Shown: positions 50,701-64,000 of the stretch, piece by piece
Layout: each line of letters starts with the position of its first letter
Position numbering within the stretch: the stretch's first letter is position 1
Source: Blasia pusilla
Taxonomy: Eukaryota
Assembly: GCA_050084515.1 (NCBI GenBank)
Contig: CM114271.1
Coordinates: 8,308,001 to 8,372,000, forward strand
Reading direction: 5' to 3'
DNA: 64,000 nucleotides
Translations under genes and position numbers: made by a program
The notes under the pieces: model-generated
What the model was told of the DNA's origin: nothing
The model's input: only the letters and a program-made list of their open reading frames with translations
Database searches by the model: none

Positions 50701-52054
50701 GAAGACTTTGGAAACCCTATACCACTCCGCATAAAACCTCTAGAGCTACTCTCATGCACACCATCTCGCCTTTCTAAGTTCGGAAGGACGTTTTGATGAC
50801 CCTTGTGCTCCCTCACATAATCACTCTCAATCCTATGAGCAATCTCTCAATCACTTACAACTAACGTATGTGGCATTCACTATCTCCCACCGAGATATGT
50901 GTACTGCGACAACAAGCGGCGTGGTGCGACATATCACTTATCTATCGTCTCATCAACATAGCATACCCACAACTTTGGACATTCCACACATATCTGTCTC
51001 CCCTAACCTCATACATCAACGATGGTTTACCATCTACATAAACCCAATGCCGGGAATTCCCTCACACATGCAGGATAAAAGAACAAAATGGCTAACTTGG
51101 AAACAATATCATTGTCACTCCTCAAAAATTGCAAACCTCCACACCAACTTGGTCATGAAGATAACTCCTCCAATCATCAAGTCATACTCCCCCGGTGCTG
51201 ACGATGCTCAAACCTCCTCGATGTGCAGTGCGGATACAACGGTACTGTGCGGCATTAGCTTGGGTTACTCATAAGGCAAGGAGGACCATAGCTTTGTAGC
51301 CTTATGTCAAGAGGTTCAGCAAAGAAAGAATGAACATCACGAAAGTTAGAGGGTGCTAACTTTGATATAATTTGAACATGAAATCTGGTAGCGCTAACTT
51401 TCATATTGATTTGATATCAATTAAATTTTAATCTATTAAATTTTTCATATCAATAAACTTTCCATGCCAATTATATGCACAAAGTTTTCTATAGAAAAAA
51501 TTTCAACTTAGAAATGACATCATAAATATATCAAACATATATCATATTGTAATTGATATCAAAATGACATAGCTCCAAGTTTTGTGATGAGCTCCAAAGC
51601 TCTCTCCCCTTGGGTATACCCCCTTCCCTCTCCCAAGCTCTCTCCATGGTAACCTATGCTCACACGTCACCTCCTTGGCTCCTTACCTACTATAGGGGAT
51701 CAAGGGCCACTTCCCAAAGTATAAATTCAACTTTCTTCCTAATGGTTACTTACCAAAAATAGTATTTTTCTCTGTATAGTTCCAAATGAGCCGAAACGAA
51801 GGGAAAACCTGCTCTCTCAAGTAACCCAAGGCCTTGGCAAGTTATCCTTGACCTATTGAGATTATCCTCCAATATTCTCAAAGGCGCTCCACCATAAAAT
51901 CGTCGATCCATCCTAAAAGATATGACATAGTCTCATAGAGATATATATCATGGTAGTTAGGGATAGATAACTATTCAGTATCAAAAAAACCTAACTGGAA
52001 ACTAAGGCAACGATTGGAGATATTTTGATACAAAATTATCTATGTTGTGCCCCT

Positions 52055-55000
52055 TATTGAAGATTGAGTAACATTTGGGTCATGAGACATCTAAACTGCA
52101 ACATTTGGTACTCACACAAAGTAGGGAATCTTAATCTTGGTTATTCAGTTAAGCACGATTATCTTAACTAGGGTTAGTTAATCACAGTTAATCTAACTCG
52201 AGACTATGGTTAAGGGTAGGGTTAGGTTTTCTTGTACGTATCCTATATAATTGAGAAGAGGACCATCCTCCACTCATTCTCTCATTGCAAATTTCGTTCT
52301 CCATGGTGGTGTGTGTGTATGAGAGCCGTTTTCCACCAATTATGCTTGTTTAGTAGTTTTCTACATAGTATAAGAGCGGGAGGAGAACATCACTTGAAAT
52401 TCTTGGTGTTTGAAGACAGAAGAGAGGCAAGAGAAGAAAAAATTTCAGGTAGGGAGAAGGAAATTTATTCAGAGCTCAGTGGGTGCAGATTTCAAGTGGA
52501 GCTTTGACGGTGATAAAACTTAAAAGGCATTTTTTAGGGCTTTCCCGGTTGATTCAGCCGTCTGGGTTTGCTTTGGCTATAACGATGCTGAATTTTGATT
52601 ATATCCATCTTGTAGAGCTTGTCGAGAGCTTTCCAACGTACCCAAAATTGCTCGATTCTGATACTCTAAGCTCTTGCAGTAGCAATTTCAGTGTAGAAAA
52701 GTGCAGTTAGTGAAGAAAAGTTGTGTAGTTTGCTCTCTACATGCCAATTTCGACTAGTTCTTTCATACAGTTGATCAATTTTGGAAAATTTTAGGTCAAT
52801 TTCTTTGTACGATTGGTCTATGCTTCAATTGGAGCAATAGAAAGCCTGAAATTACGTTTTTGTGAGTGAAATCGTTTATCATGGAGTATTCCCCACCAGC
52901 AATCACAAGCGAGAAGCTAGACAAGCAGAATTACAATGTCTCGAAGTTTCGCATGAAAAAATTTCTCCTGGGTCAAGAACTATGGGAGCTTGTCATAGGT
53001 GATGAGGCCAAGCCAGAAGGTGACTCAACAGACTTGAATGTTTGCGCTTGGAACAAACACGCAAGGTAAGTAATCTACTACATTTCAATAACGATCAGTT
53101 TGCCAATGATAGGTCACATCCAAGATGTTGATACTCCGAAGGAGACCTGGGATCCATTGGAAAAGTTCTTCCAGACATCTACAAAGGCTGTTAAGCTTCA
53201 ATTGAAACAAAAATTGAACGAAGTGAGGAAAGGATCGCAGCGCATCAATGATTATATTTTGAGCATGAGACATATTGTTGATCGGATGAATAGCATGGGA
53301 GTGACGGTAGAAGGTGATGATCTGATTTTTTTCACTCTTCAAGGTCTTCCAAAGGATTACAAGTCCTTTGAGACCTCTATCTCTGTAAGAGAGAAGTATC
53401 CAACGGGTTTCTTCATAGAGAAGCAGACTAGACAACACATTCTAAAATTGCGTTGTGATGGAGGAGGAGAGTATCTTTCAATAGAGTTTGATGACTATTT
53501 ACGTCAGAATGGCATCCAATGTCAAGTGACTTGCCATTACACTCCACAATAAAATGGAGTGGTTGTATTTGTTATGCTCATATTCCTTCTGAGAGACGTC
53601 TAAAATTAGACCCCAAGTCTAAAAGATGTATCTTAATTGGCTATGCTGATGGAACTAAGGGCTATAAGTGCTACATTCCATCCTCTAGGCAGCTTATTAT
53701 TAGTCGGGATATTAACTTTGATGAGCTAAAGTCATGGTATGCTCCATCTGAGCCTAGTCCACCTCTAAACTCGTATGTTGAGGGGGAGAATATGACTATA
53801 AACCAATAGACATTGTCTTCAACTTCCCCAAGTACTAGTGCAGGATTAAGAGAGGTCTTAGATTCATCGGTTAAATTTGTGAGTCCATGGACGCAAAGAG
53901 TACATATTCAATTAAGTTATAAGCTTGAGTTAAGTGTCTGAGGTATCTACCTCTGAACAACAACTTCGTAGATCAATAAGAGTTACACATCTAGTTCATA
54001 GATTCTTAATGAAGATTTCCTTACAACACATCATGCATATATGATGACTATCCTTCAAGAGCAGGAGCCGAGTTGTTTTGAAGAAGTTGCGAGTAAAACC
54101 AGATGGATTGAAGCTATGGAGGAAGAGCTTGCCGCATTAAGACATCAACAAACATGGGAGATGGTTGATATACCTTCCGATAAGGAAGCTATTGGTTGCA
54201 AATGGGTTTACAAAATCACGTGCAATCAAGATGGTATAATTAACATATACAAAGCGAGATTGGTGGGTAAGGGCTATGCACATCAATATGGTATCGACTA
54301 TAAGGAAACATTTAGCCTTGTTGCAAAGATGGCGACTACGAGAACAGTGGTTGCTGTTGGAGTAAATAAGAAGTGGAGATTACATCACATAGACGTCAAG
54401 AATGCCTTTTTGAATGGAGATCTATACAAGGAGGTATATATGACTCAACCACTTGGATAGGAGCATCCCAAGTTTCCATTTCGCGTATGCAGGTTGAAGA
54501 AAGCTCTATACGGGCTCAAACAAGCTTCAAGAGCTTGGTATGGCAAGATTACATACGTCTTACAAGAGTTGGATTTTAGTGTCTGTGATTCTGACTCCTC
54601 GTACTATGTCTTGAGAGGACAAGATCATACAGTTCTCATTGTGTTGTATGTTGACGATCTCTTGATTAGTGGGAGTACTGAAGAAATTGTATAATAAGTC
54701 ATGCTTAAGTTACAAGCAGAATTTGATATGAAGGACTTGGGAGAACTCAAGTACTTCCTTAGTATTGAGTTTATCAAGGTTGGAGAGAGCATGTGATTAC
54801 TACAACGATAACATGCTCTTCATATAATTTCAAAATATGGTATGACGGCTTGTAAGCCAATCTCTACACCGTCAGACCAGAGCGTGAAGCTAAGAGTGGA
54901 TGAAGGAGAGCTGCTTGCAGATTCTAATATGTACATGCACATGGTTGGAATTTTGATCTATCTAACTATAACCAGACCAGATTTGAGCTATGTTGTTGGT

Positions 55001-55920
55001 CTAATAAGCCTGTATATGCAAGCACCTTAGAAACCTCACCTTGATGTTGTGAGGAGAATTATGCGGTATGTGAAATTCTCTATTCGATTCGGGCTTCAAT
55101 TTGAACCTTCTCCGAGTTTTCAATTACAAGGATTCACAAATGCTGATTGGGCAGGAAGCGTGCCTGATCGACACTCCATATCTGGTTATTCGTTTACTTT
55201 GGGAAGCGCAGCTATAAGTTGGGTTTCAAAGAAGAAACCTACAGTTTCTTTATCTTCAACATAGGTTGAGTATAGAGGAGCAACCAGTGCAACATGTGAG
55301 GCGGTGTGGCTTCATCAATTACTTGTTGAGATTGGTGTTAGTAACTTAGGACCTAGTGTAATATTTGCAGACAATATTAGTAGCATCAAGCTTGCTAATA
55401 ACCTTGTGTTTTATGCTCTTACAAAGCATGTTGAGCTCCACTATCATTTTATCAAAGAGAAAGTGCTTGAAGGAGAAATTGATCTTGTGTATATAGGTAG
55501 AGATCAGCAAATTGCTGACATCTTTACAAAGGCATTGTCTAGAGATAAGTTTGAGATGTTTAGAAAGGATTTAGGCGTTAGAGATATCGATATGAGCTTG
55601 AGGGGGAGTATTGAAGATTGAGTTACAGTCAAGCTCATGAGACACCTCAACTACAACATTTGGTACTCACACGAAGTAGGGAAGCTTAATCTTGGTTAGT
55701 CAGTTAAGCACGATTATCTTAACTAGGGTTAGTTAATCATAGTTAGGCTAACTCGAGACTATGGTTAAGGATAGGGTTAGGGTTGCTTATACATATCCTA
55801 TATAATTGAGAAGAGGACCACCCTCCACTCATTCTCTCATTGCAAATTTCGTTCTCCATGGTGGGGTGTGTGTGTGAGAGCCGTTTTCCACTAGTTATGC
55901 TTGTTTAGCAGTTTTCCACA
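52055..55920 (+). mobile_element. Ty1/copia retrotransposon copy 2 with both LTRs and 5-bp TSD (CCCCT); internal deletions
   Basis: LTRs 52055-52365 and 55609-55920. PBS tagtataagagc and PPT agggggag. Gag is fused directly to the integrase tail (SVREKYPT/..LRCDGGGEY). RT KARLVGKGY..DVKNAFLNG and YVDDLL. RNase H ADWAGS..ADIFTKAL. Confidence 0.92.
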
Positions 55921-56559
55921 CCCCTCATAACCAAATTTATGCCAATGCAGAAAATCAAAACTTTAGTGGCCTTACACAAGGAGGGAAGCGTGTCAGAATC
56001 TCATGAGTGAGACGTGAGTTGCAAAAGTGAGGCATAAGCCATGATGGGTATCTCAAAGGATGGGGTTTGTAACCTAGCAAAATATGACCAAAATTCAAAT
56101 TTGACCTGAAAAAATCTCAAGACTTACAAGAGTTGGGCGCCAAAACAACAACCTTGCTTTGAACTTGATCGAGCACTTGGGGATTCTCCATGTCTTAGAT
56201 CAAATAAGTAGACCCAAGATGCATTTGGGATGAATAAGATGGCATTGGAAAGCTTGCGAGAAGCTAATTCCAACACATTGAAAATCCAAAAAAATCATGA
56301 AGAAAGATCTAGAAACCCTTCCCAAATTATCGGAATAATGGTTAGGTTGAGGGCCACAAAGAGCGGTCCAAAGAGACTTCCCTAGATGTAGGGAGGGGAT
56401 GGGCATCTCTAGAAATATATGTAAGGGGGAGGATCTCCAAGGGTGTTTGGAACCTCAACCAAGAGGGAAGAGGGAAGGGATACACTCGCAAAAAGTGAGC
56501 TTGTGAGGTCATTCTGTCTTTGTGGAACTTCCTTTCATGAGGCATCGACTCTATAATCC

Positions 56560-57170
56560 TCTTTACGTCGTGAGTAATCCAAGCCTCTCATTAGGAGAAT
56601 GGATTTGGTTTGACATGAGAGAGACATGGAGTGTATGGGAGATTTGATGTTCCATAGATTATTTTGGTACATTAATGTCTATGTATGTAGATGACATGAA
56701 TGACTATGGTATCTTGTGTTTGTGTATATGTGAATGGTGTCACATCTTTTAGGTAAGATTGAAGATTCTTGTTATATCCCCTTCCTATAGGTTTGGAGGA
56801 CACCCTCAAAAGATTGAGGATGATCTGTTGAGGCTCAAGTAACCTGAAAGAATTGGTTTCCCCTTCGTTTTGGGTCATTTGGAGTTATATAGAGAAACTT
56901 ACTCTTCCAGGTAAGTTTCTATAGAGAGTATTCTTGAAATTATACTTTGAGAAGTGACCCTTGACCCCCTACAATGAGTCAAGAGAAAAGGAGGTGACCT
57001 ACAAGCATATGTTATCATGGAGAGAGCTTAGGAGGGGAGGGGATATACCCAAAGAGAAGGAGATTTGGAGTTTATTCTCTCTTTGTTGAACCTCTTAGCA
57101 TGAGGTGGCCTAGATATGGTCCTCCTTGCCTTGTAGGTAACCCAATCCTCTTTCTTTTAGCGTCATAGAG
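56560..57170. repeat. Dispersed LTR-like repeat family, also at ~11760-11910 and inverted at ~51255-51700
   Basis: Shared atggtcctccttgccttg..gtaacccaa and ccaagcctctcat.aggaga..gtttgacatgagagaga. 56990-57070 is the reverse complement of 51595-51675. Confidence 0.55.
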
Positions 57171-58553
57171 ATGTATGTCATGGCAGATGGAAATAGATGG
57201 CTATCTGGAGTTAGAGGGACCTAACTACTAACTAGGAGGCAATTGGAGATATTTTGGTAAAAAATCGTCTCGATGTTCACATTTCGTGAGTGAGTATGAT
57301 ATCTTGTGTATTTTTGTTTGTAGTTGGTGATAACAATATATGTTGTGTAGTGATGTATATATGCATGTCACCTTAATATGGAGGTTATGTGTGAAGAGGC
57401 TAGGAGTAACCAAATGGCCTCCCTTGGTGACTTGTGTGCATAAGCCATCCTTTGGGAGGTTTCTTGAAGGTTATTGGAGAATTAGGTAGCAACCTATTGT
57501 GAATGTTGAGGTGACTTATGTGAACAAGTCACCTTCTTAGAGCCTCAGAGACCTTGAAAGGGATATATCCCATGGGGAGGCTTGAAGAGGCTCATCTTTC
57601 CATAGTTGAGCTTTCCAAGCATATGCTAGGGTAGGGTTGTACCGATGTGCATTATACTTGGATTCCCTCACATTGAGGGTGGCTTTGGCTTAGTTTTTAT
57701 TTAGTTTTATCATAGAGCGATGTATTTCCCATAAAATTTTCATTATGTGGCCTCCTCATATTATGGCATATATATGATGTGATGTGCATGTGTTATGTGT
57801 TATGTATTCTATTGGTATTATGTTGTGTGTGTGCTACAATTATGTATGTATTGTAGTGATAAGTATGCACATGACAAGGTCAACTAGACAAGAAGGCGCA
57901 AGTTCAATTATTTTAGGATGCTAAACATCTTACGTGGCTATTATCTTCCTTATTTTGGACACACAAGAACTAGTCTTTGTTTCGAACATTATTCCGCTTA
58001 TTGTATAACAAAAAATAGGCCACATCTATTTTCAGCTACATAGTACAAGACTAAAAGGTTACACATTCATGCCCTTGCAACCAATATCTATATCAAGGGA
58101 AATGGTTATTGTTGAGGTCTTACCCATATTGCAAAGCCACACAATATCGACATGACACATAAGGAGATGTGTATCAGAATGCTCTTCATCAATTTCTCAT
58201 CATTCCACAATTGTCGCATATGTATAAAGTACCGTCATTGGCAAAGTTCATGGTGGCCCCCATCCACAAATGATGTCATGCGTTTGGTGGTGGACTCTCC
58301 ACCCCCACTCACATGTGGAGAGCACATAGTCGGCTAGGCAAGATAAGCCTTGCAAAGTGCAGTTGGGTCTTGCAACCGATGGGTTGTCCACGTATAACCT
58401 TACATGATGATCCTATAAAGTGTGGCCAAATGTGTTGGTGAACTATACCATTTCACCTTGGCTTGCTATGAAGAGGAGTTTTCTGATTTTGGGGTTAATC
58501 ATTCAAAATACACGATTTACTTTCCTCTTGTTTTGTAGTGTGAGACCGTTCAA

Positions 58554-58619
58554 ACATGTGCATGTGATATACTTGGATAAGTAACCACATGTGCATGTGA
58601 TATACTTGGATAAGTAACC
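58554..58619. repeat. Perfect 33-bp tandem duplication
   Basis: acatgtgcatgtgatatacttggataagtaacc x2. Confidence 0.9.
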
Positions 58620-59898
58620 ACCAAGCTAGGTACTCCTACAAAGTACATGTGTTGTACATGTTGCACGGCCAGATATGGCTTTCAAACAGTAAAATATACA
58701 TTTTGGGACAAACCAACCAGCAACTTTGGCTTCGCGATTTGGTTGTGCAATAACTTCCATTCCTCCCCTCACCCGCCTATGAAACCCCTTTGAGTAACAC
58801 TACATGTTCATCAGCCGTTTTGCACCTTATAGCTCCACAACCAACCTCAATATGAGAGTGTTCACAAGCACAAAACACCTCGGGAATTTTTTAAAGGACC
58901 GATAATTTTGGGGGAGGGGATTACTTAACCACCATCCTTTTAGAGAGAAATATACCCAATGTTTTTTAGAAAATTTGATAATAGCTTGATGTAGAGGTTA
59001 GGAAGTAAGTTACCCAGTTAATTTCAGAAATTTCCGTTTTCTCTGGAAGATACCGGGAAAGAATTGGCCCAAAATGTGGATAAATGGTGTTTTGTTTACA
59101 AACGGTATCTGAAAGACCCATCAGAGGTGGACCTTACCTTCTTCTGGCTCCCTCTCCTTGTGTTTCTCTACTCCTGAGGAATACAGCAAGGAAGGCAGCA
59201 CCTCTTTTAAAGAAACCTTCCATAAGGGCTCCACTTCTTATAGTAAATTATTAGCTTCGGTCCCTCCTCATAGTAATTCCCCTATGTTGAGTTGAGAGTA
59301 AAGATTACAATTACTACCCACAATAACGATAGCATCTTCGCCGTGATATCACAAGCCCGCTTGGTTATATATCCCAATTTCACTGACCTAACTCCGGGTT
59401 AGTTGATCGAGAACCTGAGTGCCCATCCCCAGGGTATTGGCACAATAGCTATTAGGGAGATATTTCAGAAAACATCATGAAATTAAATCAGCCCAAAAAA
59501 ATGGTGCTGGTAATTGGAATGATATAATACATTTCTCTAATACTGTTCAAAGAACTTCGATAGAGTTCTACAAGACCAATACTTCTTGAAACCGAGCAAA
59601 AAATACCCATCATAGGGATTCATGATAGAAAGACATAGAGCCTTAGAAGAACACCAAGCACGATTAGTGCAAGTCAGCTCAGAGAGGAGCTACAAACTGT
59701 TTTCTATCCTATGATCTCTGAGTAGTTGAATTCTATCTCTCCTTAAGTCTTTTCTCAGGCCTTCCAGGCCATGGTAAGCTTCTTAATGTGTTATCCACAT
59801 TGTCCTGTACAACAATCTATTATCCTTGTTCCATACTTACTAGTTACAGGATGCATAGCCACAAGGCTATCGATGGCAAGATTTGTTCTTTGGATTAA

Positions 59899-62800
59899 TC
59901 ACAAGGTTCTCCCCAAACCAGAGTATGTTGTTTGGGGTACAAGAGGATTGACAGCATCCGTGAAAACCTCGGAATCTAGCCTATCCATTACTAGCCAGAC
60001 CTGCAAACAAGAGAGAAGGAATCTTCGTCAAAGTGGTCTTCCACACTAGGAGACAAGGCCTGTCAAAGCATTTTCCATGTTTGAAAATACAACAAATAAA
60101 GTTTGATATGGGTAGAACACCTCTATGACAGTCGAACCTATCTAGCCCAGGCAGTAAATCCATCATAGTGAAGAACACTGAATTTGGAGCTCAAGACTTT
60201 CTGTTATGTTATGAAATTGTCAGGCTCACCTCTGTAGCATAGTGCCTGGAAATGCCTCGCAAGTACCCTAGTGTGCACTTGCGCCATTGGAGCTCTTCCT
60301 CATTTTGAAGCTCTTCTTTGCTTGACACTCCATTACTCTTCTCCCGACCATACCTGCTCAGCTTGAACAGAAGGCTTCAGCTTTTGATGGAACTCGAATG
60401 AGAACTAGAGTAAAATTACTACCTTACTACTCTCAGACCAGAAGACTACAGAGACACCTTTTTGGTAACACTGGACAAAAATTAGTGCCACTAGGCCAGG
60501 TCACAAACAGTTAAGTACTTACTGTACATAAAATGCTCAGACAATAAAATCAGGTTCTAATCTTAGGGACTACCTACTGCTCAGCACACATAGAGGATAC
60601 TCCTTGAGATATCTTTGAGAAACAAACTAACATGTTCTTATCATAGGGCCTCTTCACTTGATGCTGATCCCATTCCAGTTTGACCCATGGAAAACTACTC
60701 ACATAGAACATCACTTTAAACAAGAGGAACCATCTGATTAGAGAAGGTACTATGTACCTTTGGTTTCTACGTTCACCATCAGTGTCCATATCTGCATCTT
60801 CTGCTCCTGCTGCACCTTCTTGGTCAACCGCCATGGCCTCCTCATTAGATGCCGATTTATTCTCAGCCTTCAAAGACTTGGACATTCCCTCAGATAACAA
60901 AGGTCTTGATAATCGGTCTGTTAAAATAGTGGCAAAGTTCTGGAAAACAGCCATGAATAGAGCCTGCCAGAGAAGAGAAAAGATCCATTCAATGATACTC
61001 AACTCCCCATAATATCTGAAGGCATTGCCATACTTTAAGTAGGGGAATTGAAAAATTTTCTTCAACTACACCACTCCCACCAGTGCTAGCTTAAGGAAAA
61101 GATACTGGCATCCAGGGCTTGCCTACCAATAGAATGAAATTCCAATTTATTGTAGAGGTACTTGTGATGAAGTTTCACTGCCTAAATATTCTCTCATGTA
61201 CATCACACTATCACTGCTCAATCTCAAACAGAGAAACCATATTAGTTTAGCTGGACATGAAACTCATTTACATGTTAACACAACTGACTAACTTATAGTC
61301 ATTATGTTCCCTTAATTGATAATGTATGAGTAAAGTGGGTATTACAGTCAACAAATGTCTCAGAACATCAAAATTATCCTACCAAAGTTTCTCCTTACAA
61401 AATGATGTCTATTTTCATGCTAAGCTCCTGAATGGTTTGATCACTGTCATCTGGTCCTCACTATTCTTCCATTAAATGCTGTTTCGTATTTCTTTCTGTT
61501 ACGCAATAGCAGTGGCAAGCCTAACAGATTTTTTGGCATTCACAGACTTGCTTATACATAAATAGCTCAACCTGAAGGATCCATCAGGCCCACTCAAACT
61601 GGATGTAGACCCAGAAACTCATGAATTTACACATGACAAATAGCCGAAGAAGTCTGTTTGTGGGAGAACATACCTCCTGTTCCCGTAGGGCTCGAGCAAG
61701 AAGAGCCTCTTTGGCTTGAAGAGACTCTTGCCAAGTAGTTTCATCATCTTTCGCTTTTCTCAAAACAGATTTAGCCCACTCGCTCTTGGCATTAGCGGAG
61801 ACCCTTGCCTCCTCTGGATCTGCTAACTCCAACATGGTTTGTGCAGTTTCCAATTTGGCCTCTGCTTTTGTTACAGCTGCAGTGGCAACACTTAATTGTT
61901 TCTCCACAGACGCTACATCATTCTGTAAATCTGCCTTCCGGTTGTTTGTCTTGTTGATTGCATTTTCAAGCACCTGCAATTCAGGATCAAATGCTCTGAG
62001 TTTGCACCAGCACTTGGAAAGAATTTCAAGATAGCTTTTTAACAGTCTCGAAGATAAATCTCAGACAACCCACCTCCCAAACTTGATTTGATGTGTGGAA
62101 TCGGTTCACGTTCTCAGCAGAGAATACCCAAGCCACAATTGCCAAATTAGAAACAATGCGAAACCCCATGAGACGATCGATCAAAATTGCTGTCATCTGG
62201 GCTGAGTTTCTCCAGAAGACGGCAACAGCTTCAATCATTGCCACCTGCCAAGTATGATTTGAAGCAGCTAGTTTACTTAACACTGTGCCATACCATTCCA
62301 GTATTGTCACTGTGTGGGTGAAACTCTTTGATCCAATAAAAAGAAAGGTTTGCACAGCAATCTCAATTGCCATTTTCTGCCCATGGACCGGCAATATCTT
62401 CTCCTCGATGTACACTTGAATGTCCCTTGCACTTTTCTTTGCTCGAGTCATTCCTACTAATTCAGTAGCTATAGTCATCTCTGCCTCGGATACTCCTTGT
62501 GGATCGGCGTCATATTTATAGTTTGGCCCACTTTTCGGGGGCAGTAGCTCTATCAGCTTGGGACTGCTATGCAAACTCTGTTAATGACCAAGAAAGCAGA
62601 CATTTCTGGATTAATACAACATACAGTATGGGCTTGAAGTTGACACATCTCACAGACTAGCGTCAGAAATTGACGAAGGGTCAGACTTCCTCGGCTGAAA
62701 TGTCAAATGTAACCCCTACACAAACTTATTCCATCATCAAGCCTTACATCAGATACGACATGCTCTTGTATTGTTGCTTAAGGCAAAGAATTAATCTAGT

Positions 62801-63613
62801 TGACTGAATCTCAACTTGCAGACAGAAGTGTGAAAACACAAATTGTTGCTAGGCAGTATGCATTAAGATGTCCTGCGTACCTCTCTAATCTTATCCCAAT
62901 ATGCCAAGCGCACTTCTTTTTCAAGGACCTCTTGCGCAAAGACCCGCTGTGGTGACCATTTTGGCTGCTCCAAGACATGCGCCCATTCCTCCCACGGCCA
63001 TACAAATTGAAAGTTGGACCTGCACCAAAGGACCCATGCTTACTATGAGGGCCGCAGAATAATACTTCATGAAAATTGAATTTTTAAAAGAAGGAAGGTC
63101 TTACTATTAAGGAGTTAATATGCTCACACTGTGTGCTTAAGATATACCATTCTTAGTGAAGCCCTTAATGTCACCACCTTGATCCCACATGTTAATCAGC
63201 TCAGTGTGGAAGCAAGAAGTACATACAAATGGTGAGATAGCCACTGTACAAGTCGGGTGCGGCACTCCACATCCATATCTCCAACCTTCGCAAAAAGGAT
63301 GCGCACAGCTCCAGCTACAACAGCAGGAAAAGCCCCAGGAAGTGCCTACAAATCTCATAGAATTACACCTTCAGTTCTGGATATATTGCAATACTGGATA
63401 GTAATCAATATGTTCCTACATTTTAAGTTTTTTTTCATACACTGGACATTGGGCACTCATATTTTCTAGTGCTGAACTACAAGATCCAAACACACATGAG
63501 AAATTAGCTCATGACCTGCACGTATACAATGACAAGGGACTCACCTTACAGAGGTCCACCATTACAACGGTGTAGTAAATGAGCTTAAAAGGAGGGGCTG
63601 GAAGGAGCAGTAA
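59899..63613 (-). CDS. CBP80: Nuclear cap-binding protein subunit 1 (CBP80/ABH1), 3' exons; 5' part outside the window
   Basis: Exons in minus order: 63613-63545, 63345-63227, 63019-62881, 62577-62074, 61973-61674, 60963-60758, 60353-60230 and 60000-59899. All are GT-AG and in frame. Peptides include LLLLPAPPFKLIYYTVVMVDLCK, ALPGAFPAVVAGAVR, SNFQFVWPWEEW and IGSKSFTH, ending at TGA 59901-59899. Confidence 0.93.
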
Positions 63614-64000
63614 CTACAAACACAATACAAATACAGTCACCAAATTTAGCTTCAGTTCAATCCTGGCTTCTATGAGAGGCAGTCTGCTGAAGCTAAGAAT
63701 TCTGAAGAAGGGAAACATCCAAGAAACCATGTCTGGCATTTTAACAAGGCAGAAAAACTTGTGTCAATAACTGCAGCTGCCTTTCCAATTGTTCACATCT
63801 ATAGATAAAGTACTCCACAGAGATGATAATGCCCTTGAAACTCGATGAGTGTCAAGGATTAAGGGCAAGATCTTGAGAGTGAAATTTTAAAGAAGAGACC
63901 AGAAATACGATAGAGCCTATATTGTTCCCTCTTCAAAGAAAGATACTTGGCATAATCTGCTTTAACTGCATTAGAAGTTATCCAATGAACTCCAAGCCTT

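Overview
Eukaryotic, repeat-rich plant genomic DNA, plausibly a non-seed land plant (inference; the species cannot be assigned from sequence). About 58 kb of nested, decayed transposons precedes the 3' part of a spliced CBP80/ABH1 gene on the minus strand (59899-63613, continuing beyond the window). The retroelements are two Ty1/copia copies with TA...CA LTRs, several Ty3/gypsy remnants including a chromovirus, and LTR fragments. The most notable feature is a large Mutator-like (MULE) DNA transposon family present in three partial copies. It pairs a GCM-like/MULE-DDE/SWIM transposase with a divergently transcribed 4-exon gene. That gene encodes a ParB/Srx-like (DGNHR) domain fused to a prokaryotic-type beta-class N4C/N6A DNA methyltransferase-like domain. 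The promoter, large introns and subtermini of the element carry dozens of copies of a 27-bp palindrome (GCAACCCGTCGGAnTCCGACGGGTTGC). The copies here are pseudogenised by stops and frameshifts. All domain calls come from motif recognition by eye, not database searches.
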